Part shown: positions 8,864-17,906 of the stretch, piece after piece
How the letters are laid out: each line of letters begins with the position of its first letter
Position numbering within the stretch: position 1 is the stretch's first letter
Virus record (IMG/VR): IMGVR_UViG_3300032226_001346
DNA length: 64,000 nt
Strand: one strand, 5' to 3'
Source of the DNA: an uncultured virus (IMG/VR IMGVR_UViG_3300032226_001346)
Taxonomy: Duplodnaviria > Heunggongvirae > Uroviricota > Caudoviricetes
Position numbers and translations under genes: made by a program
Notes under the pieces: generated by a model
The model's input: only the letters and a program-made list of their open reading frames with translations
Database searches by the model: none
What the model was told of the DNA's origin: nothing

Positions 8864-10348
8864 GTGGATGTATATGAATTAATTATTCAAAGAGGAACTT
8901 TAGGTGCGCTAAAATATGCGAATCAAATTGAAAATAAAAATCCAAGATTAGCGAGCCAAATTGATGAAGCTGTAATAAGATTGTGTAAAAATGCAGGAAT
9001 GACAGGCATGATACGCACTGCTCAGGATTTGTCAAACTTACCATACACACCATTATATCCAGTATCACCACAAAACTATAATTACACTCCAGCTCCATCT
9101 ACACCGAGTGAACAATTTACTCCAGAATATGATCCATCAGAATACAACAATGGATATTATCAGCCAAAAGGAGAAAAAAAAGATGATAATAATGCTGGTG
9201 GGGTTCCTGGTTTAGTAAGTAACGCTGTGCCATTAGCTAGGTATCAAGCTGGGAAAAGAGGATTGTTGTCAAAAATATTTAATGCCAGATTGAAAACATT
9301 TGAAAATTTATTGAAAGATGGGCGATTCAGCGAAGCCACTAAAATTCTAAATAATACTCCGAAGGAATTAAATTTTACAGAACCTGAAATAATTAGAAAA
9401 AAGTTTTTAGATGTAGCGGAAAAGGAACTTGGAAAAGGATCAGCAGCATATAAGAAATTTATATTTGATGCTGCAGGATCACTCAAGCAAAATTTATACG
9501 AAAATGTAACCCAAAGTAGATACACCAAAAAAATACCTGGAATTCAATACACCGCACTTGGAAGGAATTGGCATCCCGCTATACAACAATTATCTGAATT
9601 TGGGGGTCTTACTGCTGGCCAAAAAAATATGTTGCGCGGGCAAACAATTGAACAAATTAAAAAAATTATAAATAAACCTGGTAATAATTTTCCCAATACA
9701 TTTATTCAAGAGTTTGAGAATAAAGGGTTTTCGTTGGCAGAAGAATTTCTACAAAAAGCACCTAGCGCTAAAGAAGGAGTATTAAAGCAAGGTTTGCAGC
9801 TTGCGGCGGAAAAATTTCCCGCTCTTGGTAAAGTACTTCCTATTCTCGGTAAAGCACTAGGGCCAATCGCACTTTTTCTGGAAGGAAAAGGTTTTTTTGA
9901 TGATGTGACTAAATATGGCTGGGACAATAAAACCATTTGTAATTTATTATCTCTTCTGGCTGGAGCAGTTACTGTTATAGCGCCACTTACTGGCGTAGGC
10001 GCGCCATTAGCCGCTGTGAGTGGTGTTATTTGGGCTATTTTAGGAGTAGGGTGTATATTTGCTCAACACGGAAAGCCATTAGAAGGAAAATCTGACGCTA
10101 GTGACAAGGAAAATGTAAATGACATAAGTGACGAAAATGTTCTTGCGCTAAAAGGAAAAGTGAAAATGAGCGATTTGTCTGATAAAGACAAAAGAATATC
10201 ACAAGAAATTTACGATCAGTACAAAGATGACAGAGATGAGCTTATTGCTGAATTTAATTCAAATGCTATGGCAGACAGATTCGATAAGCCGGTAAGTGTG
10301 CTGGCGGGTGTTCAAACGCAATTAGACGGTGGACGATTTTTTGAGTAA
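8864..10348 (+). CDS. hypothetical protein with Gly/Ala-rich hydrophobic hairpin (possible virion/ejection membrane protein)
   Basis: 494 aa; N-terminal KYANQIE...ASQID...KNA...RTAQ; hydrophobic segment LLSLLAGAVTVIAPLTGVGAPLAAVSGVIWAILGVGCIF. Confidence 0.45.
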   Translation: MDVYELIIQRGTLGALKYANQIENKNPRLASQIDEAVIRLCKNAGMTGMIRTAQDLSNLPYTPLYPVSPQNYNYTPAPSTPSEQFTPEYDPSEYNNGYYQPKGEKKDDNNAGGVPGLVSNAVPLARYQAGKRGLLSKIFNARLKTFENLLKDGRFSEATKILNNTPKELNFTEPEIIRKKFLDVAEKELGKGSAAYKKFIFDAAGSLKQNLYENVTQSRYTKKIPGIQYTALGRNWHPAIQQLSEFGGLTAGQKNMLRGQTIEQIKKIINKPGNNFPNTFIQEFENKGFSLAEEFLQKAPSAKEGVLKQGLQLAAEKFPALGKVLPILGKALGPIALFLEGKGFFDDVTKYGWDNKTICNLLSLLAGAVTVIAPLTGVGAPLAAVSGVIWAILGVGCIFAQHGKPLEGKSDASDKENVNDISDENVLALKGKVKMSDLSDKDKRISQEIYDQYKDDRDELIAEFNSNAMADRFDKPVSVLAGVQTQLDGGRFFE

Positions 10349-10357
10349 ATTATACGG

Positions 10358-10428
10358 TTTTAAGCTTATCACAATTGTGTGTAAAATTAAAAAAAAATAA
10401 TTTTAGCTCAATTATGATAAGCTTAAAA
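10358..10428. repeat. long imperfect hairpin between convergent genes
   Basis: TTTTAAGCTTATCACAATTG...CAATTATGATAAGCTTAAAA (one mismatch) plus inner TAAAATTA/TAATTTTA stem. Confidence 0.7.
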
Positions 10429-10771
10429 GGTACATTAATTGGTTTAATGTGCCGAGCATTTCATCTCTGATATTTAAAAGATCAGTGTCTTTTTCTTTGA
10501 ATGCTTTAGGAAAATCTTCTACTAAAACATCAATATAAGATGTTATGCTTGATTTAAAATCATCACTATAATTTATTAAGTTGATCTTAAAAGAATCTTT
10601 TGCTTTTGGTCTTCCATACTTACCCATATAAGTTTCAATAAATTTATCTGATAGATCTGTAAATTTGTTATAAGTTTTATCCAAAGCTTTATGCTCAGCA
10701 TGACTTTCTGTTTGCCAATGGTAGATTTTTAATTGGTTTTGGATGGTAAGAAAAAATTCTACGAGATTCAT
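10412..10771 (-). CDS. ferritin/Dps-like phage protein (DUF5856-like)
   Basis: QLKIYHWQT.SHAEHKALD, DKFIETYMGKYGR, LLNIRDEM...NQLMYLL. Confidence 0.7.
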   Translation of the reverse strand: MNLVEFFLTIQNQLKIYHWQTESHAEHKALDKTYNKFTDLSDKFIETYMGKYGRPKAKDSFKINLINYSDDFKSSITSYIDVLVEDFPKAFKEKDTDLLNIRDEMLGTLNQLMYLLSLS

Positions 10772-10805
10772 GGTGGTTTTTTCTGAAATGTGGATTGTTT
10801 CTCCT
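10772..10805 (-). promoter_or_regulatory. SigH-like promoter
   Basis: AGGA-N18-GAAA-N8-ATG. Confidence 0.6.
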
Positions 10806-11152
10806 TTTTAACAAGAATTAAAAATAGACTGTCTTTCAAATTTATAATTTAGTGGAAGGTGTTAGATATTTGATCGTATAATATGTTAATATGCCTAAAT
10901 ATACACAATCTGAATTTATAGAAAAAGCAATTGAGATTCATGGTGGAAAATATGACTATACCTTGGTTGAATATACCGGGCAAAAAAACAAGATTAAGAT
11001 TGTGTGTCCGGTCCATGGATTATTTGAACAAGAAGCTAAAAGTCGTTTAAAGAAAAATGGATGCTCAAGATGCAAGACTAAATCTAAAGATAATTTTATT
11101 TTAGAGGCAAAAAAAATACATGGTGATTTTTATGATTATAATCTAGTGGAAT

Positions 11153-12573
11153 GTGAAGCTCCCCACCCACGAGGGGTGGGGCTTCCGATTAGCTAGTGCT
11201 CACTAGCATTTTATCGGCAACTTGCCCTGCTTCCGAGGGACTACTGAAGCCAATTCTCACTGGTTTCAGATACTTGATGTTCTTCACTTGAACTTTGCCA
11301 TACTCACCGTGTCTGCCTTTTGAACAGATATTGGCGGAGCCATTGGCGTCCCTGTGAATCACAGAACCACAAGAAGAGCATCTATATACTCTGCCTTGGA
11401 CTGAGCTACTCTTAACGTGACAGCAATTACTGCACGTTTTACTTGAATAGGATTCATTGATCAGTCTTGTATTCATTCCTTTCAATCTAGCCTTCTGCTT
11501 CACGTAAGTTTGAAACTGTCCGTGAGTCCATTGGCTGATCTTCTGATTACACTTCTTCCCGAGATTCACGCCATTTGAGATATTTCTTACGTCTCCCATA
11601 ACGACACTGGCTATCTTGTTTTCTTCACAGAAGTCTATGAGTTGGCGACTAGCCTTATGGAGAATATCTCTTTGTTGTCGCTTCAATTTAGAAGACGCTT
11701 TGTTCTTAGCTTGACTGAGTTTCTTATGTCTCTTCGATCCATTCTTGCATCTGGTTAGTTGTTCGTTCAGAGAGTGATGTTTCTTATTTCTGAGTCTCTT
11801 GACTGATCGTAGTTGTCTACCAGATATTCCTATCGTGTTGCCATCTTCTGTCGTGCAGTAGGCAATATGAATCTCTCCTGGATCAACTCCAGCAGTTCGC
11901 TTTCCGTGTGACAACTGTGGAGGGACTATTCCAGTGTCGATAGTTAAATGGAGATAATACACTCCAGCATCGAAGATGAGTTCTGCCAGATTGACATTCT
12001 CTAATCTATATTGATAAGGAAGGCTGACGATCAACGGATCATTCTTCAATCCATTTGAGAGATGTAGCTTGCCGTCTTTGGCTTTCATTCCCAGTTTCTT
12101 CCAGATCACTGGGAAGCTGAGTTTAGATTCCGAAGGATATTCGGTTTTGATTCTGCCTAGTTCTTTGAATTCTCGATCTCTGTTAGTTCTGGCTGATTCG
12201 AGATTAGCTTCTATTTTCTCAGCTACAGCCTGTATGGATTGGCTATGGAGCCTAAAGGCTCCCTTGAACTTGGCTTTAAGCTCGGCACAGGATAGCCACT
12301 TGTCTTTTCTGGATTCTACATGAGACAGAATCATTTCGGAGTAGCATCGTCCTGCTTCTTCAAGCAATGACTCACATTGCTTGATTTGTTTTTTGCTTAG
12401 TGACAGTCTTACGACAGCTACTTTGCACGATGTTTCCGACAATCTCCTTCCCACATAGATTGTTTATAGAAAACACCACCATATTCCTACATGATCTGAA
12501 AATAATTGTTGTTTTTCTCGTAAGGTCGCTCTCATCCCCACCCACAAGGGATGGGGTTTTCTCGCTTCCCAAT
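11153..12573 (-). mobile_element. IS200/IS605-family element (IS1341-like, tnpB only), 1421 bp
   Basis: Near-identical subterminal hairpins CCCCACCCACGAGGGGTGGGG and CCCCACCCACAAGGGATGGGG; minus-strand right end finishes TTCAC; TTTAT directly 5' of the left end; removal restores the host gene; more GC-rich than the flanks. Confidence 0.9.
11189..12454 (-). CDS. tnpB: RNA-guided endonuclease TnpB
   Basis: GVDPGE (RuvC-I), DILHKASR, GD, INESYSSKTCSNC...CSSC zinc finger, HRDANGS (RuvC-III). Confidence 0.93.
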   Translation of the reverse strand: MGRRLSETSCKVAVVRLSLSKKQIKQCESLLEEAGRCYSEMILSHVESRKDKWLSCAELKAKFKGAFRLHSQSIQAVAEKIEANLESARTNRDREFKELGRIKTEYPSESKLSFPVIWKKLGMKAKDGKLHLSNGLKNDPLIVSLPYQYRLENVNLAELIFDAGVYYLHLTIDTGIVPPQLSHGKRTAGVDPGEIHIAYCTTEDGNTIGISGRQLRSVKRLRNKKHHSLNEQLTRCKNGSKRHKKLSQAKNKASSKLKRQQRDILHKASRQLIDFCEENKIASVVMGDVRNISNGVNLGKKCNQKISQWTHGQFQTYVKQKARLKGMNTRLINESYSSKTCSNCCHVKSSSVQGRVYRCSSCGSVIHRDANGSANICSKGRHGEYGKVQVKNIKYLKPVRIGFSSPSEAGQVADKMLVSTS

Positions 12574-13207
12574 ATAAAAACTCATATACTAAAGTAAAAA
12601 TTGTGTGCGGGTTACACGGAGTTTTTGAACAAGTTCCTTATGCGCACTTGAGAAAACAGGGCTGCAAAAAATGTCACTTTGGCGGACGAATAATAGGTCT
12701 AGAAGACTTTATTGCTAGAAGCAAAGAAATACACGGAGAAAAATATAATTACGATTGTGTAGATTATGTGAATAATCAAACTAAGGTTATGATTGTGTGC
12801 CCGGAACATGGGGTGTATAATCAAGTTCCCAAAGATCATATGAGGGGTATAGGTTGTTCAAAATGCAAAGCATCTCATGGAGAACGGGCAATAAGATCAT
12901 ATTTGCAACTAAAAAGCATTAATTTTGTTGAACAATCAAAATTTGAAACTTGTAAAAATATTAGGCCGTTGCCTTTTGATTTTTACTTACAAGATTATGA
13001 TATTTTAATCGAGTTTCAGGGAGAACACCATTTTGAACCAAAAACCAAAAATAGAATGTTTGGAGCGAACAATCCATATCAAGAATATTTAAAAATTAAA
13101 CACAATGATGACATCAAATCAAGATGGTGTGAAGAAAATGGTAAAAAATTAATTTTAATAAACTATAAAGACATTAACAAATTAGAGAAAACTTTGGATG
13201 ATAAAAT

Positions 13208-13238
13208 AAAATAGGTTCCTAAAAAAGGAACCTATTTT
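13208..13238. terminator. bidirectional intrinsic terminator
   Basis: AAAATAGGTTCCT-AAAAA-AGGAACCTATTTT perfect hairpin between convergent genes. Confidence 0.75.
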
Positions 13239-13254
13239 TGAATTCAAAAATAAA

Positions 13255-14076
13255 TTAGCGAAGCACGACCATTTTCTCGTGCCCAACCAAAACATCAGGG
13301 TCAACATAACATTTGATGTTCTTTTCTCTTAGTTCTAAAAAGAAACTAGCATCTTCTGAGCTGAAGTCATAAATTTCATTTGGCGTTCCTTCCTTCAAAG
13401 TATGGAACTGTGGTTTAAAGAAAGGATATTCAAAAGACTCATGCACACCATATCTGACCATTAGCCAGCCAAATCCAATGTAAACACTTTCAAAAATACC
13501 ACCATTTGATTTTGTTTCCAATTCGGATTTCTTCTTTTCTACATCTTGTTTGGTTAAAAATTGAAAACTTCCATTCTGTTGGAAAAAATCTTCATCCCAC
13601 TTGTCCACACAGGTGGTGTGATGTCCATCAGCCATCAAATATAAACCAGACAACAATTGTAAATTCTTATTTTCTTCCATTCTCTTCAAGAGAGCGTAAA
13701 AGTTTTCTGGCTGAAATACAATATCTGAATCAATCCACATGATATAATCATATGTGATTTCTCCTTGAAATGGCTTTTGGTTTCTACCATTTAGCACATG
13801 ACCCCGAAGACACGCTGATCTAGCGTAATAAACGACAGGGCTATACGCATTAGATAGTGCAAAAGAAATCTTGTTTTGATAAAGAGTATTTACAAGATTT
13901 GTCCAGCATTGTAGAAAGTTTGCGGTAAATTCTCTACCAGGTATACAAAATACAACATTTACGTGTGGTTTCTGACCTGGTGCAGCAGCTGGTTGCTGAA
14001 AAGTAGAATTATTAATCGCTTGTGAAAGAGCCTTGTTTTTTACATCTGAAGAAACACTATCTAATTTGAATTTCAT
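13255..14076 (-). CDS. glycosyltransferase-like protein (GT-A fold)
   Basis: VVFCIPG, YDYIMWIDSDIVF (DxD), IGFGW, SEDASF, VGHEK. Confidence 0.75.
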   Translation of the reverse strand: MKFKLDSVSSDVKNKALSQAINNSTFQQPAAAPGQKPHVNVVFCIPGREFTANFLQCWTNLVNTLYQNKISFALSNAYSPVVYYARSACLRGHVLNGRNQKPFQGEITYDYIMWIDSDIVFQPENFYALLKRMEENKNLQLLSGLYLMADGHHTTCVDKWDEDFFQQNGSFQFLTKQDVEKKKSELETKSNGGIFESVYIGFGWLMVRYGVHESFEYPFFKPQFHTLKEGTPNEIYDFSSEDASFFLELREKNIKCYVDPDVLVGHEKMVVLR

Positions 14077-14085
14077 ATAATAATT

Positions 14086-14259
14086 TTACAAGAAATCAAC
14101 CTTTCTTTGTCGCTTTAATCTTCTTTTTTTTATAGAAGGCTTTTCGTATCTGGCTCGCTCTTTCAATTCTTTTAAAATGCCATCGGCGGCCACAGAAGCG
14201 GAAAATCTCCGCATGAGAGATTCAAAAGATTCATTTTGTCTTAAAGTTACTTTAATCAT
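14086..14259 (-). CDS. rpsU: 30S ribosomal protein bS21
   Basis: Hand-translated 57 aa MIKVTLRQNESFESLMRRFSASVAADGILKELKERARYEKPSIKKRRLKRQRKVDFL (E..E...RRF...G...E...YEKPS signature); ATGA overlap with the upstream stop. Confidence 0.9.
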   Translation of the reverse strand: MIKVTLRQNESFESLMRRFSASVAADGILKELKERARYEKPSIKKRRLKRQRKVDFL

Positions 14260-14783
14260 TTTTGTCCTAAAATATTTTGTTTTGTTTTTATAACAATCAC
14301 ACCATTTTCATCTTCATTCAGAGTGTCTATAACAACATCTGATTCAAAATAACACATAATGTTTTCTACAAATTCTTTTACATCAAGCATCAAATATTGA
14401 TCAAAAATATGAATTCTTCCATCAGAAAAAAACATTCCTTCATATTTTTTGTTTTTCAACACTGCGTTTCTTATAACATTCATTTCATGTAAAGGAATAT
14501 TTAAAAATTCAAAAAACATAATCTGATCATCTGATAGGAAATCAAGAGTTTCTTCATCGAGCATTATTTGGCAAGAAAAATTTATATCTTTTTGATCAGC
14601 TGCTTTAAACAACCACTTGTTCTTTCCAATATAAAAATAAGGTGTATATTTGCCATCGTGCACAAGTCTAATTAGGCGATTTGGGAAAAGAATATCAAAT
14701 TTTTTAGCCAAATTATTAAAACCGCTTAATGAATTTACTTCTAAACACAAAAAAGGCTCGGTGCCAACTAATTCTTCATGCAT
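14256..14783 (-). CDS. hypothetical protein
   Basis: 175-aa ORF in operon. Confidence 0.55.
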   Translation of the reverse strand: MHEELVGTEPFLCLEVNSLSGFNNLAKKFDILFPNRLIRLVHDGKYTPYFYIGKNKWLFKAADQKDINFSCQIMLDEETLDFLSDDQIMFFEFLNIPLHEMNVIRNAVLKNKKYEGMFFSDGRIHIFDQYLMLDVKEFVENIMCYFESDVVIDTLNEDENGVIVIKTKQNILGQK

Positions 14784-14786
14784 ATG

Positions 14787-15524
14787 TTATATACGGTTTA
14801 GCGGAATAATTAGTTTGTGTGTTTGTAATTTTAGATATTTGCTAAGCGCATCAGAGGGGTGACCTAGATAAATGAGGAAAAAATGAACAAAATCTTTTCT
14901 GCAAAAAAATCCTAACAATTCATTATCAAAATTTCTGCATTCTAAAATTTTTAGGCTCATATGACATAATTGTTTTAGTTTGTCGATCTGTGGTTCAATA
15001 AAAGAACAATTCCCAAAATATATAAAATCACTTCTGCTGTTAAGAATTTTTATTACATATGTGGCATCTTTATCATTGATCAAATCCACTGTTTCATTAT
15101 GTTTATCGATCTCTAGATTAAAAAATTCTTCTAAATTTTTTTCTAAAATTGGAATATTAAAGTCTTTTCTTTTGAATTCTGTAAAATTCTTTTTAATATT
15201 TTTCAAAATAATTAAATTGCCGATTAGTAAAGCATCATCTGCATAAAATCTAATCTCTTTAAAGAGAATTTTTTCATAATCTTTGTCTTTAACTGTTATA
15301 AAAAGCCATTTCAATTCAGGTTGCAAATGATTATTGATCCAGTAATTTATAAATTGATAACTTTCATTATGTATGTAAATTAATTCTGCTTTTTCAGATT
15401 GTGAAATTTGTTTTGCTTGCATTACCTGAGTTACGATTGGATGAATTTCAAAAAAATCTCCCACAAAATTATATGTCTCAATATCATTGGCAAAAAGACA
15501 TGTAATAAGGCAATAATCAAGCAT
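14787..15524 (-). CDS. hypothetical protein
   Basis: ATG at 15524 follows GTACAAT box. Confidence 0.55.
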   Translation of the reverse strand: MLDYCLITCLFANDIETYNFVGDFFEIHPIVTQVMQAKQISQSEKAELIYIHNESYQFINYWINNHLQPELKWLFITVKDKDYEKILFKEIRFYADDALLIGNLIILKNIKKNFTEFKRKDFNIPILEKNLEEFFNLEIDKHNETVDLINDKDATYVIKILNSRSDFIYFGNCSFIEPQIDKLKQLCHMSLKILECRNFDNELLGFFCRKDFVHFFLIYLGHPSDALSKYLKLQTHKLIIPLNRI

Positions 15525-15544
15525 ATTAAAATTGTACACTCTGC

Positions 15545-15578
15545 AGGGTGGCCTAGAAACAAATTTGAAAGAAATAAA
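15545..15578 (+). promoter_or_regulatory. SigH-like promoter
   Basis: AGGG-N18-GAAA-N8-ATG. Confidence 0.6.
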
Positions 15579-15857
15579 ATGCCGAGAGAAAACGTGCCCC
15601 ATAGAGTAGATGAAATCGCTGATTCCATTTTAAAAAGTATGAAAAAAGGCAAGAAAAAAATGTCTGAAGAGAAAATGTACGACATTGCCTATGGCACGGC
15701 ATGGAAAACATATTACGAAGAAAATCCAGGTGCTAAAGAGAAAAGAAAAAAGAAATCAGATGATCAATCGCTGGACAATCTTAAAATTGCCCAGATGCTT
15801 GATGATATTAATTTATTCTCATTGGCTGATAAATTCGAAAAAATAGCAATTAAATAG
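15579..15857 (+). CDS. small basic protein (IAYGTAWK, ChaB-like helix) with C-terminal LD..AD tag
   Basis: ATG 15579 (MPRENVP); C-terminus KIAQMLDDINLFSLADKFEKIA. Confidence 0.55.
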   Translation: MPRENVPHRVDEIADSILKSMKKGKKKMSEEKMYDIAYGTAWKTYYEENPGAKEKRKKKSDDQSLDNLKIAQMLDDINLFSLADKFEKIAIK

Positions 15858-16860
15858 ATTTATATCTCAAAATAGCTTTTTCTTGAAATTCTTCTAAATT
15901 CGATGCGCCAGAATAAGTGAAGGCTGAGCGAATTCCTGCCAAAAATTCATCTAAGATGTCTTTTGTTTCGCCCGCGTAAGGCATTCTTTCTGCTTTACCC
16001 TCTGGTGCTACATGTCTTTTTTTCCCTTCAAAGAATTTTTCAATAGCAGTGCGAGATGACATGCCATAATGAAGCTTATATGAGGCGCCATTTGGATCGT
16101 GAATTAATTCGGATGGTGAATCACTTGTTGCGGCAAGAACAGATCCTGCACTAACAAAATTAGCTCCAGCTGCCAATGCCTTAGAAGCATCACCAGAAGA
16201 GGAAATACCACCATCTGCAATAATTGGAATTTTATATGAACTATTTTGCCTAAATCTTTGAATATCAATCACAGATTGCAATGTTGGTACGTGATGACCG
16301 GTAACATATTTGGTGGTGCATACTTTTCCGCCAGCAATTCCCACTCTCACTGCATCTGCGCCGTGATCAGCTAAAAATTGATAACCTTCTGGTGTAGCTA
16401 CATTTCCGGCAACAAGAGTTTTAAAACCAATGTATTTAATTTTATCTAGAAATTCTCCCATCATCTTGGTGTGCGCATGGGCTATATCAACCAAAATTAC
16501 GCTTTTATCTCCTACAATATCAAATACTTCTTTGGCTATCTCTAAATCTTCTTCTTTAATGCCCACTGAAAATGCAAAAATATTTAAAATTTTATTGTTA
16601 ATAAAATTTTCTGCATAAAGACATAATATCTCCCTCGATAAGAATCTATGATGAAAAGCCAATGATCCTGATTGATCGAAAGTTTTTGCCATCTTTTCGC
16701 CTACTACAGAAGCCATATTTGTGGCTATTACTGGGTGTGATAATCTACAAAAATTTGAAAGATCGCTAGATAAATCTGGATACGCCCTACTGATTACTTC
16801 GGAATACTGTGGTTCAAGCCACACATCGTCAAACGCCAATTGTAAAGATGATTTCAACAC
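15850..16860 (-). CDS. GMP reductase / IMP dehydrogenase family (no CBS domains)
   Basis: LAFDDV, VDIAHAH, AGNVAT, RVGIAGGKVCTT catalytic Cys, ADGGI, YGMSS, PEG, GIRSAFTYSGA. Confidence 0.88.
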   Translation of the reverse strand: MLKSSLQLAFDDVWLEPQYSEVISRAYPDLSSDLSNFCRLSHPVIATNMASVVGEKMAKTFDQSGSLAFHHRFLSREILCLYAENFINNKILNIFAFSVGIKEEDLEIAKEVFDIVGDKSVILVDIAHAHTKMMGEFLDKIKYIGFKTLVAGNVATPEGYQFLADHGADAVRVGIAGGKVCTTKYVTGHHVPTLQSVIDIQRFRQNSSYKIPIIADGGISSSGDASKALAAGANFVSAGSVLAATSDSPSELIHDPNGASYKLHYGMSSRTAIEKFFEGKKRHVAPEGKAERMPYAGETKDILDEFLAGIRSAFTYSGASNLEEFQEKAILRYKSI

Positions 16861-16875
16861 GATTTTTTATACGAA

Positions 16876-17868
16876 TTAATTTATTGATTTTACCCAAATT
16901 TCTAATGATTTTTGAGTTCCAAGCGAAGCTACACTTCCTGTGGTAATACCAATGCTTGCGATTCCTAAAGCCTGGTAAATTGTTTGATTGTATATGCCGA
17001 TGGTGGCGCGCGTAGATGTGGATGACAAAGCAACAGAGGCGGTATTTATGCCAGATGCTCCCTGTAGTGTCACGCTTAATGTAATATTCCCTGACACAGA
17101 TGTTGCAGCGGTACCTGTTACAGAATTTGATCCCCATCTGAATTCTAAATATTCAGCATTTTTAAGTGGCCTAAAAGCAATCATAGATGTGGCTGATCCC
17201 ACTGATCCATTTAATTGTAGCGTACTACTAGACAATAAAGATACTACTGATGTTGTGAGACTGATTGTGTTGACATTTGGAAAACTTCCATTGTAGCCCA
17301 CCACATAATAGCCCGGCAGTGCAAAATTAGATAAATCACCACCCAGGCTATAAGAGGAAAAAGTAACAGTATTTCCAAGTGTAGATGATATTGTGCCAAC
17401 ATTATATGTATTTGTTGCACTAGAATAAGGTGGATAAAAAATTAAATTTGATCCATTCCATGTGGCAAATCCAATTTGTTGAACTAATTCTGTTGAAGTG
17501 GTTTTTTGCCATGAATCTTTAAATGAATTAGTCCATGGAATATTATTGTTTGTATTAAGGCCAGTAAAATAGTCCCTTAATAGAAAACTATATTGATTTT
17601 GAAAAAATGAATTTAAACTAGAATTTAAAGCCGATATAGCATTATAATTTGCGCTATACATATTTGATTCGGTTTGCAAAGAACTATTTACAACAGTAAT
17701 TCCATTAGTCACTTCACTTGCGGACAAGGCCGATAAAAACGTTTGCCTTGTGTTAATTAAACTCTGATAAGAAGATAAAGGGTTAATTAATATCTGGTAG
17801 TTCCTTGCATAAACTAGGCCAAGATTAAGCTGGTAATTATTAAAAAAACTAGTATCAGATATTGCCAT
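16876..17868 (-). CDS. Ser/Thr-rich putative virion structural protein
   Basis: Low-charge S/T/N/G-rich composition; SigH-like motif AGGT-N18-GAAA at 17906; ATG at 17868. Confidence 0.45.
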   Translation of the reverse strand: MAISDTSFFNNYQLNLGLVYARNYQILINPLSSYQSLINTRQTFLSALSASEVTNGITVVNSSLQTESNMYSANYNAISALNSSLNSFFQNQYSFLLRDYFTGLNTNNNIPWTNSFKDSWQKTTSTELVQQIGFATWNGSNLIFYPPYSSATNTYNVGTISSTLGNTVTFSSYSLGGDLSNFALPGYYVVGYNGSFPNVNTISLTTSVVSLLSSSTLQLNGSVGSATSMIAFRPLKNAEYLEFRWGSNSVTGTAATSVSGNITLSVTLQGASGINTASVALSSTSTRATIGIYNQTIYQALGIASIGITTGSVASLGTQKSLEIWVKSIN

Positions 17869-17906
17869 CTCGATACTAGTTTTCAAATAAAATTAGAAAT
17901 TTACCT

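Larger units (their letters stand above)
10891..13214 (+). pseudogene. homing-endonuclease-like gene (three CxxHG/CxxC DUF723-like repeats plus a PD-(D/E)XK/Vsr-like nuclease) interrupted by the IS
   Basis: Joining 11152 to 12574 restores the frame (NLVE-YKNSYTKVKIVC) to give a 300-aa ORF; C-terminus LPFDFYL...IEFQGEHH. Confidence 0.85.

Noticed and set aside
11153..12573. IStron (self-splicing IS) rescuing the host gene
   Set aside because: tnpB is antisense to the host gene, and only about 120 nt lie outside it at the left end, too little for a group I intron core.
12372..12597. Small ORFs at the IS left end as TnpA
   Set aside because: No HUH/Tyr or serine recombinase motifs; they overlap the terminal hairpin and promoter.
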